Of a stretch of 64,000 bases of DNA, positions 27,001 to 38,400 are shown one piece after another. Position numbers and translations under genes: made by a program. The notes beneath the pieces are model-generated. The model ran no database searches. It was not told the origin of the DNA and saw nothing but the letters and a program-made list of their open reading frames with translations. The DNA lies in NCBI GenBank assembly GCA_951406725.2, contig OX597820.1:108252001-108316000 (forward strand), written 5' to 3'. How positions within the stretch are numbered: position 1 is the stretch's first letter; each line of letters starts with the position of its first letter. This DNA is from Octopus vulgaris. Its lineage: Eukaryota.

Positions 27001-27594
27001 CATTCTGAGAAAAATAAAAATTTTAACTAGTACTACCCTACTTTCTGAGAAAGAATGAATTTGCTATTTTCGAGTGACTCCTACATTCAGTTAAAATTTA
27101 ATGCTAGGAAAACTGCCTATGTATATAAATCGTTCTGGCAACCTCTCTCTAATTTACTGACAAGAAAATTTCTCATACATTCTGTTTCAACAAACACACT
27201 TATGATCAACTGAGGAATTTGCTTCGGCAGTGCACTGGCTTCTACAAGTTAGAGTTAGTGTTATAAACAACCAGATAATTTTTAGAACAATAATGACAGC
27301 TATGTACTAAAATTTATATATATATATATATATAAATTTTAGTATATAGCTATATATATATACACACACACATATATATATATACACACATATATATATA
27401 TAAATTTATATTACATATATATAATATATATATAGTACAATAATGACAACGATATACGATTATTTTAGAATATAACTATATACTGGAAATTACACCACAC
27501 ACACACACATATATATATTTATATATATATATATACATACACACACACATACATTTAGTAGAGTAATAACTAACTATATATTGGAAATTATACT

Positions 27595-27765
27595 GTGTGT
27601 GTGTATCTATCCCCCATAACCGCTTGACAACCCGTGTTAGTGTGTTTATGTCCCCGTGACTTAGCGGTTCGCAACAGGTCCTATAGAATAAGTACCAATA
27701 AAATAAATATTGAGGTCGATTTGTTCGACTATATTTCTCCAAAGCATGGACGCAGTTTAATGACA
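27595..27765 (+). mobile_element. CORE-like SINE 3' half
   Basis: cgcttgacaacc...gtgtttatgtccccgtgacttagcggttcg, same as 40045-40255. Confidence 0.7.
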
Positions 27766-27767
27766 AA

Positions 27768-27813
<46 letters not shown>

Positions 27814-29147
27814 AAATTTGTTTTTATAGTTGATGGCCAAAATCAGTAAAGGTAAAAATTATTGGAATGTTGTAGACAAGTTCATGTGTACTGCGCTAAA
27901 TATTCCGGTTGTAGTGGTCAAGCAAAAGAGGTCAGGTCACTAACAGATAAAATACTCAACTCTGAAAAAATTATAGATTCCACCCATCTCGAAATTGAAT
28001 TATGAAAATATTTTCCATTATTTACTTTCACTAGATGCAAAATTATTCTATTTTGGCTTTGTCCTTGTTCCGATATAAATTTAATAAAACAACTGAACAA
28101 TTCTCTGGTCATTAAACACTACTGTACCCACTGAATGACGATGTTTCACCAATGCTGAACGAAGTGTGGTATTCGTTCATTTTATGATCAAAATGGAAAA
28201 ATTCCGAGAGAAAAAAAGTGGGTGTGGTGCGAATTCGACGCGTCGACTAAGGATTTTGCGGAATAGGTTCGATATGTCCACTTACTTTCACTTTCTGATC
28301 ATAAAACGAAAGAATATCCGATATTTGTTACAGGGAGAATTTTTCACGTAAATTAAAATAAAAATTTACTGATCTTGTTCTTGACTGCGTTTCTCTTAAA
28401 TCCTAACTAAATTCTATTATAGCGAGCCTTTTATGTCATTATGGTAATTTTCCTGTAAATCGAAGTCTAAACCAATGTCTATGGAATCTCATTCATTAAC
28501 TGGAATGCTTAAACCTATTCTATCTTTGATTCAAGAAACAAAACAATAAAAGAGAAACATTTAAATCCTTGTGAAAATAATTAACGGTCGACGTCATTAT
28601 TATTTTCAAGTGACGGAACTCGAACTCAGTCAAAGAGCATCATATTTGATGTCAGTCAAGTTTTGACATTCTACAGATTTCTCTATGCAATAATGAAGAG
28701 AATAGCTGAGAGGTCACATTGTTAAAAGGGGTAGGGGTTACAATCAATCCCAGATTTTCTAAGGGCACAATTATAACTAGAAAGGATATCTTCAGACAAG
28801 TTGTCCATATTTAACAGAAACGGGGGGATAGGTCAAGCGGCTTTCCCTTCAGAAACCCAACTTTTTTTAATATCAGGTTCATTTCTATGATGTGAAATTT
28901 TAAAATGCAAGGAAATAAAAAATAAAGGCCTGGATTTTAGATGAATATATGAAAGGGTTCGGCTAAAACTGCATTATAAACAACAGATTAACCCTCAGCT
29001 GTTGTTGACAATAATACTTTAATAATGGTTAATGTTATTAGTGAAACGTTTTAGAAATAGTTTTTAAGATTTGGCAAATTTACCAAATGTTGTCCCACCC
29101 GATCATATTTCTAGACAACTTGAATTATAGAAATGTCTATTCGACAT

Positions 29148-29214
<67 letters not shown>

Positions 29215-29681
29215 CTACAATATTCAATAGATATATATGAAAAATATTACATAAAAACTTAATACTACTATAATATATAGAATATATATATATATATATA
29301 TATATATATCCTATAATATATACATGTAGAATACACATCAGCGTCAACACAGGTAATATTTTAATAACCCATGTGAGTCACAGTTTAAAAATTCAGATCA
29401 AAATTTCTAAGAAACGAAAAAAACAATACAAATTAAATTTGAAAAAAAAAAGTTATTCGATACAGTTAATTAATTACAAAAAACATCCAAAGTTATATTT
29501 TTCTTTTCTTCTACATCTTTCAAATATTTTTGAATTTTTTTTTTTTCCTGTTTTCAAATTTCTTCTTTTGTCTCCCTATTTTTTTTTTTTTTTTTCTTTT
29601 AGATCCAATGTAGGTGAGGAACTAGAAAATATAGAACCTGGCCCCTCTCTACATCATGTTTGGACCTCATTCCTGCCATTT

Positions 29682-30671
29682 TCAGTTGCGGCCCTGTTTA
29701 TCGTAGTTTCTCTTAGAAGAACGTGTCTGGTCTTTATTATTGCCATAACTGGAGCTAACACGACCCAAGCTTCGTTCCCGGTGGTAATTGGTGTTGGTGT
29801 GACCACCCGACCTTTGCTGGTCGTGATAACTTGAGGTGTGACTATTACTCCAGTTCGGGTCACGGTTGAAGTTGAGGCGATTAGTGAAGCCGTCATCCCT
29901 CTGATGGTAACTCGACCGACCGTTCCAGTTGTTCTCGCGTCGATAGTTGCTACGCGAGTAACTATTGCCATTTCTCCAAGCCGAGTCACCACTGTAATTC
30001 GAACTGTTGTGACCACCACCATTATAATTATTATTATTACCACCATTACTAATTCCACCGTTGTGCCAACCCTGGTCACGGCGGTAATTAGACGAGTTTG
30101 AATAACCGTCTTCATACCCACCTTTTCGATATGTTACACTGCGACCCTGTAAATCCTGTTTTCTATCTTTCTGCACCCATACGTCGCGGCCGGCCACGGA
30201 GAATGTTTGCTGGATCACACACTTATCAACGCTGTCATAATCATCAAAAGTAACGAAGCAGAAGTCCTTCTGTTGTCCAGTTCGTAGATCCTTCGGCATT
30301 TCTATATCCTTAATAATACCATACGGTGAAAATGATTGCTTGATGTCTGTCTCTGTTGTATCCTCGCTGACGCCCTTGATAAACAACTTGTACACTTCAG
30401 CAGTGTTTTTGTCCCGAGAATTAACCCTTCGCGTGATTATTTGTTGCTCGCCGATGGAGTGAGGCCGCGCGCCTTGACAGTCGTCCAGATGTTGTGGATA
30501 TCGGAAAGTTACGAAACCGTATGAGTCTCTAACAATTCGAGCTTCGGCCACTTCTCCCCAATTTTCAAAATAAGATTTCAGATGTTTTTCATTGATATCT
30601 CGATTTAAACGTCCAACGAACAGTTTGCAATAATCTCGATCGTCCATCGCTACAAACCTGCGATCTGCCAT
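29682..30671 (-). CDS. Intronless, divergent hnRNP A/B-family RNA-binding protein (2 RRMs plus Asn/Gly/Ser/Tyr-rich low-complexity tail), 329 aa
   Basis: Uninterrupted ATG-to-TGA ORF with good start context (aaaaATGG). RRM1 is KLFVGRL...YFENWGEV...YGFVTF...ARPH and RRM2 is KLFIKG...FCFVTFDDYDSVDKCVIQ, collinear with hnRNP A1 (FEQWG, ARPH, FVTFDDHDSVDKIVIQ). Confidence 0.92.
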   Translation of the reverse strand: MADRRFVAMDDRDYCKLFVGRLNRDINEKHLKSYFENWGEVAEARIVRDSYGFVTFRYPQHLDDCQGARPHSIGEQQIITRRVNSRDKNTAEVYKLFIKGVSEDTTETDIKQSFSPYGIIKDIEMPKDLRTGQQKDFCFVTFDDYDSVDKCVIQQTFSVAGRDVWVQKDRKQDLQGRSVTYRKGGYEDGYSNSSNYRRDQGWHNGGISNGGNNNNYNGGGHNSSNYSGDSAWRNGNSYSRSNYRRENNWNGRSSYHQRDDGFTNRLNFNRDPNWSNSHTSSYHDQQRSGGHTNTNYHRERSLGRVSSSYGNNKDQTRSSKRNYDKQGRN

Positions 30672-30914
30672 TTTCTTTTCTTATTTTTCCTTTTAAAAAT
30701 ATTTTCCAACAGTAATTTCCAATTTCTATACGGACATATTTCTTCGGGATTACACAAACGGAAAGATTATATATCAAGAAAATAGTATTTTTCAATGAAT
30801 TTTCAATGAAATAAAGCCTTGTTTTTACAATAAATCTCTTGACAAAACATAAACAAGACTAAGTGAAGCAATATCTGAGAAACAGAAATGACGACTCCTG
30901 CTCGGCTTCGTTTT

Positions 30915-30951
30915 CTGATTGGTTGATTCAGTTAGTAGCAGATTGACGTCA
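30915..30951 (-). promoter_or_regulatory. Proximal promoter of the hnRNP-like gene: CCAAT box and CRE
   Basis: AACCAATCAG (NF-Y consensus, minus strand 30915-30924) and the palindromic TGACGTCA (30944-30951), about 250-280 bp upstream of the ATG. Confidence 0.6.
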
Positions 30952-32119
30952 TCATTAGCATAGTGTATAACCCAATTCTGTTTGTGTGTGTATGTGACTG
31001 TAATGGATGTGTATATGTCTGTTTGTATGGAAGTTAGTGTATCAAGGGCTTAAAATTTAGTGCCAAAGCGTGTTTAAAATGTGCATTTGCATGTTATATC
31101 TATGCAAGCGATATTAAACATTATAAAATTCATCCTTCATTGATATTTTTCCGCTCTTATAAATCAAATAAATATGAATATAATAAAATTAATCTCATGT
31201 TTGCTTTCGCCGCTTGTCAAGACTTTATAACTTGTATACTGCATGTATGTATACATACATATAAATATATGAAGGACATTAATACTCATGAGAGATAATG
31301 TTAGTGGCCTATACGGTTTACATACATACATATATACGTAAAGATAAGATCCAAGTATCAAGGTATATATTTATATATATATATACACCAATCTATGTAT
31401 GTGTGCTTATATATATATAGATAGATAGATATTAAATATAGAAAACAAAGCAGTAGTTCTCAAATGATTTGAACTTCAACACCGAGGTCTTTATGGGGGA
31501 CTAGGCACACAGAGCCAAGTGGCAGTAAGAGAAATCCAGGTGAGCTGCTATGGACATAGTGATGCAGATAAACACGATTATGCTTGATATATATGCATAT
31601 AGATTTAAATAGGCATACAGAGAGATACAAAAATTAAATATGTTAAGATAAACACAAGTACAAGTATAGAGATATTTACATCTATTGGTTTCAAATGTGG
31701 CACGTGGCCAGCAAGTTAATGGGAGGGATAAGCCAACTACATCGACCCAGTCAGTGTTCAACTGGTACCTATTTTATCAACTAAGGACGTACAAACGGAC
31801 GAAATACCATTAAGCATCTTGCCCGACGTGCTAACAGTTCTTTATGCATTCTCCCCTTAGTTTTGTGTATCTTTTATACTTCATGTAAAAGTAAATATAT
31901 TTATTAAAATATATAAATATCTATATGCGTATATGTATGTATATTTATATATATATATCAAAGGCTAATTCTTTCTCTCTTGATATATATATATAAATAT
32001 GTGTGTATATATATATTCACCCTATATTTAAAATAATGTTTACTATGGACTTCCTGTAACGATTGAGCAATGATATACAGTAAGCGGCCGGAGTTAGCTG
32101 AAGCATTCATGTGCGCCCC

Positions 32120-32720
32120 AATGAATTCCTTTTTTATAACTTTCAGAAATATGGATATATTTTTAATGAAATTTTTTACGAATACACTACCAATACAGGT
32201 AGATTCAGATTATATAGGAATTTGTTGCGATTATAAATTTTTCGCAAAACAAATGTGATGGGTGTCAGTTTGTACAGGGTCCGGATCTTTTCACTTTGAC
32301 CGGCAGATTTTTAAAAAGTAATAAGAATAGAAGAACAATAAAATAATATCAAACATATGTACTGGTTTTAGTTTATTCACTTTCATTCACACTGATACTG
32401 TCGCACATTCGTGGCACAAAATGGTGCGGCGCCATGTCCTGTGTGATATTATACGAAGCTGTGCATTGGTGATTGTTGCAAAGGCTGCCGGAACGGCGTC
32501 CTTCAACTGCTGGGTATTATCGTACATGTTTAATATTATGGCAATGTTTCTTTTGTCTGAAACTTCGTTTAAAATTACCTACAGCTGACCCATGTGAATT
32601 TTCTGAATCTTCTGTCCACACTTCCCCGAAAATATTTTTTCCACAAATTCAGATATAATCAGAATCTACATGCTCTGATGCGTATTTGTAGAAAATTTCA
32701 TTAAACAATATCTATTTGTT
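32120..32720. mobile_element. Degenerate MITE-like element with inverted arms
   Basis: ttaatgaaattttttacgaatac...gtagattcagattatat..gaatttgt is reverse-complementary to acaaattc..atataatcagaatctac...gtatttgtagaaaatttcattaa. Confidence 0.5.
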
Positions 32721-32865
32721 GCAGGACTTATGACGAAACGAAGTGGTTGGGCGTATTTGTGTATATATGCCAATTGCTTTAACATAGCAATACTACGATT
32801 AAATTGCAATAACATATCTACATGGCTTGCTTCGTTTTACTTTTATTCTGTATATATATATGTGT

Positions 32866-33030
32866 AGGCGTAGGAGTGGCTGTGTGGTAAGTAGCTTGCT
32901 TACGAACCACATTGTTCTCGGTTCAGTCCCACTGCGTGACACCTTGAGTAAATGTCTTCTACTATACTCTCGGGCCCACCAAAGCCTTGTGAGTGGATTT
33001 GGTAGACGGAAACTGAAGGAAGCCCGCCGT
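32866..33030 (+). mobile_element. CORE-like tRNA SINE, 5' half
   Basis: Head aggcgtaggagtggctgtgtggtaag, B-box ggttcagtcc and CORE-like gacaccttgagtaaatgtctt. Stops at the internal (AT)n tract. Confidence 0.85.
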
Positions 33031-33040
33031 ATATATGTAT

Positions 33041-33205
33041 AGGGAGAGTTTACGAAAAAAACAAAAGACGAAGACAGGTGGTGTACAAAACAAACAGGTG
33101 TGTTAGTATAACGCTCAGGAATAGAAAAAGTCTTTTACGTTTCGAGCCTATGCTCTTCAACAGAAAGGGACACAGAAAAAACAAGGTGAGAAAAAAATGT
33201 GTGTA
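33041..33205 (-). mobile_element. Penelope-type terminal repeat (pseudo-LTR) fragment with hammerhead-like motif at 33131-33168
   Basis: Reverse complement of the 59440-59640 family. Contains cttt-ctgttga-a-gagc(atag)gctc-gaaacgta-aaag. Confidence 0.55.
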
Positions 33206-33289
33206 ATGGCTAATATATATATGTGTGTGTATATATATATACACACATATATATGTATATATATATATAAAGATATATATAAAGAGAGA

Positions 33290-35450
33290 AAAGCCACTGT
33301 ACACAAGAACAAAATCCCCAGAGAGAGGAAAATTTTAATGAGACGGCGTACAAAAATTTCAAATCGCCTAAACAAACAGATTGAAAGCAGTGAAAAGTCC
33401 CGCCTGAGAATAAAACTGTTGCAAATTGAAAAATGTCTGCAACTCTCCCATGAAAAGGAAAGAGCAGACAAAGAAGCCTGGGCTATAGACAACATAAAAT
33501 CTAACCCCAGAGCTTTCTACAGGTATGCCAAAGAAACAGCTACGGCGCACTGTAGGATAGGGCCACTCCTTGAAAAGGATGGCACACTTACAGGAAAACC
33601 AATGAGGGTAAGTGAAATACTGAATGAGCAATTCAAGAGTGTTTTCACTCCACCCCTTGGGCATCTCCAAATCACCAATCCAACTGACTTTTTTACCACT
33701 GCAGATATAAAATCAGAGGCGGCGACGATAGATTACATCGATATAAAGGAAGACGATGTAATAAAGGCTATAGATGAAATGAAAACAGACTCAGCTACTG
33801 GCCCCGATAGATTCCCAGCAATCCTCCTAAAAGTATGTAAGAGAGTCCTAGCAAGACCACTGCAGTTCCTCTTTCAGAGCTTCCTTGCAGCTGGCAAACT
33901 TCCAAGACAACTGAAGGAAGGTAAAATATGCACCATTCATAAAGGAGGTAGCAGAGCGGAGGCCAAGAACTACAGACCTATCTCTCTGACCTCACACATC
34001 AGCAAGGTCATGGAACGAATAGTCAGAAGGAAACTGATCACCTTCCTTGAAGAAAATGACTTGCTGCCCGACACCCAACATGGTTTCCGACCAGGGAGAA
34101 GCTGTTTAACTCAGCTCCTACAACACTATGACTGGGTGCTGAATTGGCTGCTCAACCACTCAAATGTGGAAGTGATATATCTCGACTTTGCAAAGGCCTT
34201 TGATAAAGTCGATCATGGAATGATATGTCACAAACTGCGTGATCTCAACATAGTTGGAAAACTGGGAGAATGGTTTATGACTTTCTGAAAGATAGAAGTC
34301 AGGTGGTAGTAGCCACTTCCATTAACACGCAAATAGTGAGCGGTGTTCCGCAGGGCACTGTTTTGGGACCACTACTGTTCATAATGGCCCTCTCAGACAT
34401 GCCCTCAGCCACGCAGAGAGCCACGATCACAAGTTATGCAGATGATACAAAAGTTTCACAGGCAATACAGAACCCTGAGGACACTAAACGCCTGCAATGT
34501 GAGCTGGACAAAATATACAAGTGGGCTGAAAAGAATAGCATGCAGTTCAATGCTGAAAAGTTTCAAGCTTTATACTATCAGCATGCAAAACTAAATGCAA
34601 TACCCAATGAATACACTGGACCCGGAGGAATAGCAATCCCAGAGGCACAATCAGTGCGTGACCTGGGTATTTACATGAGTAATGACACAACCTTTCGTGT
34701 ACATGTTGCTAAATTGGCAATGAAATGTAGACGACTGGCCGGATGGATTCTCAGAACCTTTAGAACAAGAGAACAAGAAACCATGATGGTCCTCTGGAGG
34801 ACACTTGTCCTAAGCCACTTTGACTATTGCTCTCAGTTATGGTCACCATCCAATGTCAAGTTGATCACAGAACTCGAGGCGATCCAACGTAGCTACACGA
34901 AGAAGATAGCCTCTATGCAGAATGTAAGCTACTGGGAAAGACTCAAGAGATTAAAACTATATTCCTTGGAGCGTAGGCGGGAAAGATATGCCATAATATA
35001 CATCTGGAAGATCCTGGAGGGACATGTCCCAAACTTTGGCATCGAGAGTTACACAAATGCCAGAACTGGGCGCCACTGCGTGGTGCCTAGGACTCCAAAT
35101 TTGCCATCAAGATGTAGAACAAGATACTGTGATAGCCTGGGCTTCCGAGGCCCACAGCTCTTCAATATCCTCCCGAAGAATCTGAGAGACCTGCATGGGG
35201 TGGATGCAGATGTCTTTAAAATGAAACTGGATCTCTTCCTGTCAGGTGTCCCAGATGAACCAACTTCACGGCAGGAGGTGCAGATGAGGGCAGCTGCATC
35301 GAACTCTCTCATGCACCAAATGGCAGTCGCTAAAAGCTTTCGTGAAGTAAAACCATGTAGCAACACCAAATGGCGGTGCCCCAGCATGGCCACAGCTCAT
35401 GAGCTGAAACTAAAAAATCAAATCAAAAATCAAATCAAATCAAATCAAAA
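33290..35450 (+). mobile_element. 5'-truncated CR1/L2-group LINE, RT with one frameshift near 34275
   Basis: ORFs 33197-34288 (NYRPISLTS, QHGFRPGRSC, YLDFAKAFDKV) and 34270-35457 (GVPQGTVLGPLLF, YADD, LYSLERRR). The 3' end has a hairpin and an (AAATC)n tail. Confidence 0.93.
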
Positions 35451-35456
35451 TATATA

Positions 35457-38400
35457 ATAGATATATCATTGAGAATAATAGATTTAGTTTGTGGTCTTGT
35501 TATCTCTATTCTCATTTTTGGTGAAGTAGAAGATGTTAGAAAGGGTCAAGTAGAGAAAACATTATTTTGGCCTAGCTAAAGGCATCTGGAAAATGTAAAA
35601 CTGCTGTCAGAGAAAAACCATTGTTCCATCGTGGGAAAAGTTCTGTTGCAGCATTAATTTAAATTTGTATATATATGTATATATATATATATACATAGGC
35701 AAGGTAGTCAGAGTAAGTGACAGAGTAATTAAAATTAGATTAGGTCTTCACCATAGGACAGCTACCATCATCTCGGCATATGCCCCTCAACCAGGGCTAC
35801 CGGAAGGACAAAAAGACCAATTCTATGACACCCTATTGCGGACTACCTCATTGACAAATGACAGTGACCTTCTCTTCGTGGCAGGTGATTTCAATGGACA
35901 TGTTGGACGACATGTCGGGGGCTTCCATGGCGTCCATGGAGGCTACGGTTTTGGCTCTCGAAATGAGGAAGGAACCAGGCTGCTGGAGTTCTGCAATGCA
36001 AATGACCTTATGGTCTGCAATACCCACTTCAGGAAACCCACCTCTCACCTAGTCACCTACCGTTCTGGCAGACACACCAGCCAGATTGACTACATCCTTG
36101 CCAGAAAAAGGGAAAGAGGGCTGATTATAAATGCCAAAACCTTCCCAGGCGAAGAATGTACTCCCCAACATAGATTAGTAGTTAGCGACTTCAGGATCAG
36201 AGCTAAATGGTTGCCCAGAAGAAGACCGGCTTGGAGGAGAAGGGTCTGGAAGCTTAAAGATCCTGCAAATGGACAGAGATTTAGAGACATACTACTCGAA
36301 GCCTCTGACGAAATAGAAGGGGATATAGCTTCACTTAATGTGGAAGACAACTGGAGATTCCTACGGGACAATCTGCTGACAGCCACTGACCAGATCTGTG
36401 GATGGAGCAAAGTACCATCTCGACCCAGAGTAACATGGTGGTGGAACACTGTGGTTGACAGGGCTATTAGACAAAAGAGACAGACTTGGAAGGACTGGAA
36501 GAACGGTGGTAGCAGGGAATTGTATCAGACAGCCAAAAGGGAAGCTAGGAGACAGGTTTATTTAGCCAGAGGGGAAGCGGATAAGAAAAAATTTGCCAAT
36601 GTTCTGAGCCGTGAGGATGAAAGACTTGAGGTATTTCGTGTTGCAAGACAGTGTGTGAGAGAGAATCGTGATGTGGTAGGAGAGAAGTGTGTTCGCATGG
36701 ATGATGGTTCACTTGCGCTAAATGAGGATGCAAAGAGAGAGGTTTGGAGATGCCACTATGAAAGGTTGCTGAATAAAGAAAATGAATGGGATAAAGAGAG
36801 TCTGCCGAATGTTGACCCAACAGAGGGACCAGCTAGCCGAGTTGATAGTTCCGTGGTAGCTAAGGCAATTAGAAGCATGAAGACAGGGAAAGCCCCAGGC
36901 CCATCAGGAATTACTGCAGAGATGCTCAAAATATCTGGCAGTGTCAGCTATAACCTAGTCACCCGTATAGTCAACCAGGTGATACACGAAGGAGTCATAC
37001 CCAATGACTGGTGTAGCAGCATACTAGTCAACTGCTACAAAGGTAAAGGTGATGCCCTGGATACAAATAATTACAGAGGTATCAAGCTGTTGGATCAGGT
37101 AATGAAGGTTACGGAGAGGGTCATAGCCCAACTAATTAGAGAGAGAGTTAGTTTAGATGAGATGCAGTTTGGGTTTGTCCCAGGGAAAAGCACCACTGAT
37201 GCTATATTCCTGGTAAGGCAGCTGCAGGAGAAATACCTAGCCAAAGATAAGCCCCTGTACCTGGCTTTCGTTGACATGGAGAAAGCCTTTGATAGGGTCC
37301 CCCGATCCCTCATCTGGTGGTCAATGAGGAAACTAGGGATAGATGAATGGCTGGTGAGGGCTGTGCAAGCCATGTACAGAGATGCCGTAAGTAAGGTTAG
37401 AGTTGGCAGCATGTACACAGAAGAATTCAAGGTAGAGGTTGGGGTCCACCAGGGTTCAGTACTCAGCCCCCTCCTATTTATCATAGTCCTCCAGGCAATT
37501 GTGGAGGAATTCAAGACAGGCTGCCCCTGGGAGCTCCTCTATGCTGACGACCTCGCTCTAATCGCTGAGTCACTATCAGAACTGGAGGAGAAGTTCCAGG
37601 TGTGGAAGGAGGGTTTAGAATCGAGGGGCCTTAGAGTCAACCTAGCTAAAACCAAAGTACTAATAAGTAGAAAGTTAGAAAATCCACAAATATCCTCAGG
37701 AAGATGGCCCTGCTCGATCTGTAGAAAAGGTGTAGGTAGAAACTCTATAAGATGTACCCAGTGTAAGCTATGGACACATAAGAGGTGCAGCAATGTCAAA
37801 GGTAGGCTAACTGGGAAGATAGTTTTTGTATGTGGCAGATGCTCTGGAGCATTGACCTCCGAAAATCTGCAGAAAACAACTTCCGTCACTTTCCGGGGGA
37901 AAAACTAGAAGTAGTTGATAGCTTCCGCTATCTAGGTGACCAAGTCAGTAGTGGGGGCGGGTGCGCTGAAAGTGTAACTGCTAGAATAAGAATAGCCTGG
38001 GCAAAGTTTAGGGAGCTCTTACCTCTGCTGGTGACTAAAGGCCTCTCGCTCAGAGTAAAAGGCAGACTGTATGATGCATGTGTACGAACAGCCATGCTAC
38101 ATGGCAGTGAAACATGGGCCGTGACTGCTGAGGACATGCGTAAGCTCGTGAGGAACGAAGCCAGTATGCTCCGATGGATGTGTAATGTCAGTGTACTTAC
38201 TCGACAGAGCGTTAGTACCTTGAGAGAAATGTTGTACCTAAGAAGCATCAGTTGTTGTGTGCAAGAGAGACGATTGCGCTGGTATGGTCATGTGGCGAGA
38301 ATGGATGAAGATAGGTGTGTGAGAAAGTGCCAATCCCTAGCTGTTGAGGGAACCCGTGGAAGAGGTAGACCCAGGAAAACCTGGGACGAAGTGGTGAAGC

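Noticed and set aside
29654-30121. Overlapping 155-aa Thr/Val/Ile-rich alternative frame and antisense ORFs (29373-29834, 29838-30101)
   Set aside because: Expected shadows of Asn/Gly/Ser codon usage in the real ORF, with no independent support.
37095-38248. Antisense ORFs over RTE and CR1 coding regions (also 9700-10416, 45453-46322)
   Set aside because: Opposite-strand shadows of retroelement ORFs.
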